Assembly: GCA_002269645.1 (NCBI GenBank)
Contig: NIVC01000350.1
Coordinates: 186,001-250,000 of the forward strand
Direction: 5' to 3'
DNA from: Macrostomum lignano
Taxonomy: Eukaryota
Length of the DNA stretch: 64,000 bases
Below, piece after piece: positions 60,446 through 64,000 of this stretch (positions are counted from its first letter, which is position 1; each line of letters begins with the position of its first letter). Made by a program: the position numbers and the translations under genes. The notes under the pieces were generated by a model. That model saw only the letters and a program-made list of their open reading frames with translations. It ran no database searches and was not told the DNA's origin.

Positions 60446-63400
60446 AATGAGGCTTCTATGATTTTTTCTTGACGCTTCTATGATTTTTACATGACGCTTC
60501 TATGATTTTTATATGACGCTTCTATGATTGTTTACATGACGCTTCTATGATTGTTTACACGACGCTTCTATGATTTTTTACATGACGCTTCTATGATTGT
60601 TTGCATGACGCTTCTATGATTGTTTACATGACGCTTCTATGATTGTTTACATGACGCTTCTATGATTTTTATATGACGTTCTATGATTGTTTACATGACG
60701 CTTCTATGATTGTTTACATGACGCTTCTATGATTGTTTACAGTACGCTTCTATGATTTTTTACATGACGCTTCTATGATTTTTTACATGACGCTTCTATG
60801 ATTGTTTACATGACGCTTCTATGATTTTTTACATGACGCTTCTATGATTGTTTGCATGACGCTTCTATGATTGTTTACATGACGCTTCTATGATTTTTTA
60901 CATGGCGCTTGTATGATTGTTTACATGACGCTTCTATGATTGTTTACATGACGCTTCTACGATTTTTACATGACGCTTTTATGATTTTTTACATGACGCT
61001 TCTACGGTTTTTATATGACGCTTCTATGATTTTTTACATGACGCTTCTATGATTTTTTACATGACGCTTCTATGATTGTTTACATGACGCTTCTATGATT
61101 TTTTACATGGCGCTTCTATGATTGTTTACATGACGCTTCTATGATTGTTTACATGACGCTTCTAAGATTTTTTACATGACGCTTCTACGATTTTTTACAT
61201 GACGCTTTTATGATTGTTTACATGACGCTTCTATGATTGTTTACATGACGCTTCTATGATTGTTTACATGACGCTTCTATGATTTTTTACATGACGCTTC
61301 TACGATTTTTTACATGACGCTTTATGATTGTTTACATGACGCTTCTACGATTTTTATATGACGCTTCTATGATTTTTTACATGACGCTTCTATGATTTTT
61401 TACATGACGCTTCTATGATTGCTTACATGACGCTTCTATGATTTTTTACATGGCGCTTGTATGATTGTTTACATGACGCTTCTATGATTGTTTACATGAC
61501 GCTTCTATGATTGTTTACATGACGCTTCTAAGATTTTTTACATGACGCTTCTACGATTTTTACATTACGCTTCTAGGATTGTTTTCATGACGCTTCTATG
61601 ATTGTTTACATGACGCTTCTATGATTTTTTACATGACGCTTCTACGATTTTTACATGACGCTTCTATGATTGTTTACATGACGCTTCTACGATTTTTATA
61701 TGACGCTTCTATGATTTTTTACATGACGCTTCTATGATTTTTTACATGACGCTTCTACGATTGTTTACATGACGCTTCTATGATTTTTTACATGACGCTT
61801 CTATGATTGTTTACATGACGCTTCTATGATTGTTTACATGACGCTTCTAAGATTTTTTACATGACGCTTCTACGATTTTTACATGACGCTTTATGATTGT
61901 TTACATGACGCTTCTATGATTGTTTACATGACGCTTCTATGATTGTTTACATGACGCTTCTATGATTTTTTACATGACGCTTCTATGATTTTTTACATGA
62001 CGCTTCTATGATTGTTTACATGACGCTTCTATGATTGTTACATGACGCTTCTATGATTGTTTACATGACGCTTCTATGATTGTTTACATGACGCTTCTAT
62101 GATTGTTTACATGACGCTTCTATGATTGTTTACATGACGCTTCTATGATTGTTTACATGACGCTTCTATGATTTTTTACATGACGCTTCTATGATTGTTT
62201 ACATGACGCTTCTATGATTGTTTACATGACGCTTCTATGATTGTTTACATGACGCTTCTATGATTTTTTACATGACGCTTCTACGATTTTTTACATGACG
62301 CTTCTATGATTGTTTGCATGACGCTTCTATGATTGTTTACATGACGCTTCTATGATTGTTTACATGACGCTTCTATGATTTTTATATGACGTTTCTATGA
62401 TTGTTTACATGACGCTTCTATGATTGTTTACATGACGCTTCTATGATTGTTTACATGACGCTTCTATGATTTTTTACATGGCGCTTGTATGATTGTTTAC
62501 ATGACGCTTCTATGATTGTTTACATGACGCTTCTATGATTGTTTACATGACGCTTCTATGATTTTTTACATGACGCTTCTACGATTTTTTACATGACGCT
62601 TCTATGATTGTTTTCATGACGCTTCTATGATTGTTTACATGACGCTTCTAAGATTTTTTACATGACGCTTCTACGATTTTTACATGACGCTTTTATGATT
62701 TTTTACATGACGCTTCTACGGTTTTTATATGACGCTTCTATGATTTTTTACATGACGCTTCTATGATTGTTTACATGACGCTTCTATGATTTTTTACATG
62801 GCGCTTCTATGATTGTTTACATGACGCTTCTATGATTTTTACATGACGCTTCTACGATTTTTTACATGACGCTTTTATGATTGTTTACATGACGCTTCTA
62901 TGATTGTTTACATGACGCTTCTATGATTGTTTACATGACGCTTCTATGATTTTTTACATGACGCTTCTACGATTTTTACATGACGCTTTTATGATTGTTT
63001 ACATGACGCTTCTACGATTTTTATATGACGCTTCTATGATTTTTTACATGACGCTTCTATGATTTTTTACATGACGCTTCTATGATTGCTTACATGACGC
63101 TTCTATGATTTTTACATGGCGCTTGTATGATTGTTTACATGACGCTTCTATGATTGTTTACATGACGCTTCTATGATTGTTTACATGACGCTTCTAAGAT
63201 TTTTTACATGACGCTTCTACGATTTTTTACATGACGCTTCTATGATTGTTTTCATGACGCTTCTATGATTGTTTACATGACGCTTCTAAGATTTTTTACA
63301 TGACGCTTCTACGATTTTTACATGACGCTTTTATGATTGTTTACATGACGCTTCTACGATTTTTATATGACGCTTCTATGATTTTTTACATGACGCTTCT

Positions 63401-64000
63401 ATGATTTTTTACATGACGCTTCTACGATTGTTTACATGACGCTTCTATGATTTTTTACATGACGCTTCTATGATTGTTTACATGACGCTTCTATGATTGT
63501 TTACATGACGCTTCTAAGATTTTTTACATGACGCTTCTACGATTATTTACATGACGCTTTATGATTGTTTACATGACGCTTCTATGATTGTTTACATGAC
63601 GCTTCTATGATTGTTTACATGACGCTTCTATGATTTTTTACATGACGCTTCTATGATTTTTTACATGACGCTTCTATGATTGTTTACATGACGCTTCTAT
63701 GATTGTTAACATGACGCTTCTATGATTGTTTACATGACGCTTCTATGATTGTTTACATGACGCTTCTATGATTTTTTACATGACGCTTCTATGATTGTTT
63801 ACATGACGCTTCTATGATTGTTTACATGACGCTTCTATGATTTTTTACATGACGCTTCTATGATTGTTTACATGACGCTTCTATGATTGTTTACATGACG
63901 CTTCTATGATTGTTTACATGACGCTTCTATGATTTTTTACATGACGCTTCTACGATTTTTTACATGACGCTTCTAAGATTTTTTACATGACGCTTCTATG
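60445..64000. repeat. 23-bp satellite array, second block (runs off the window)
   Basis: Same monomer as 52440..59273. Confidence 0.97.

Noticed and set aside
6921-64000. Regular 20-42 bp repeats as CRISPR arrays
   Set aside because: Units are head-to-tail with no unique spacers, there are no cas genes, and the context is intron-containing eukaryotic DNA.
1-64000. tRNA, rRNA or snRNA genes
   Set aside because: No cloverleaf with A/B boxes or recognisable rRNA/snRNA sequence was seen by eye; tRNAscan-SE or Infernal would be needed to exclude them formally.

Overview
Repeat-rich eukaryotic (animal) genomic DNA with GT-AG introns and no prokaryotic or CRISPR features. The dense 16-42 bp minisatellites and TTAGGG-type repeats would fit a free-living flatworm such as Macrostomum, but that is inference only. 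Two intron-split genes can be assembled by hand with consistent splice phases: (1) UBE2L3/UbcH7-type E2 enzyme, + strand, join(1851..1880,6548..6836,8269..8417), 155 aa; (2) couch potato/RBPMS/mec-8-family RRM protein, - strand, 8 exons from 42490 down to 27479, 299 aa, apparently ending in a half-length second RRM. There is also a probable type I membrane protein with a divergent 8-Cys SUEL/rhamnose-lectin-like domain (+, 21401..22414, candidate signal-peptide exon at 12684..12852) and a possible small two-TM ORF (-, 10687..11130). Mobile elements: an internally deleted mariner, three hAT-like MITEs with 8-bp TSDs (one has grown an internal 25-bp minisatellite), two nested RNase H-bearing LINE fragments with (CAA)n tails, and a CORE-SINE/MIR-like remnant. 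The last 12.7 kb is a hierarchical satellite: a 23-bp monomer, a ~2.84-kb higher-order repeat and an ~8.0-kb macro-unit whose spacer carries interstitial (TAACCC)n. Most long ORFs in the supplied track are translations of tandem repeats. I see no unambiguous new biological system; the best leads concern repeat and TE evolution and the unusual gene structures.
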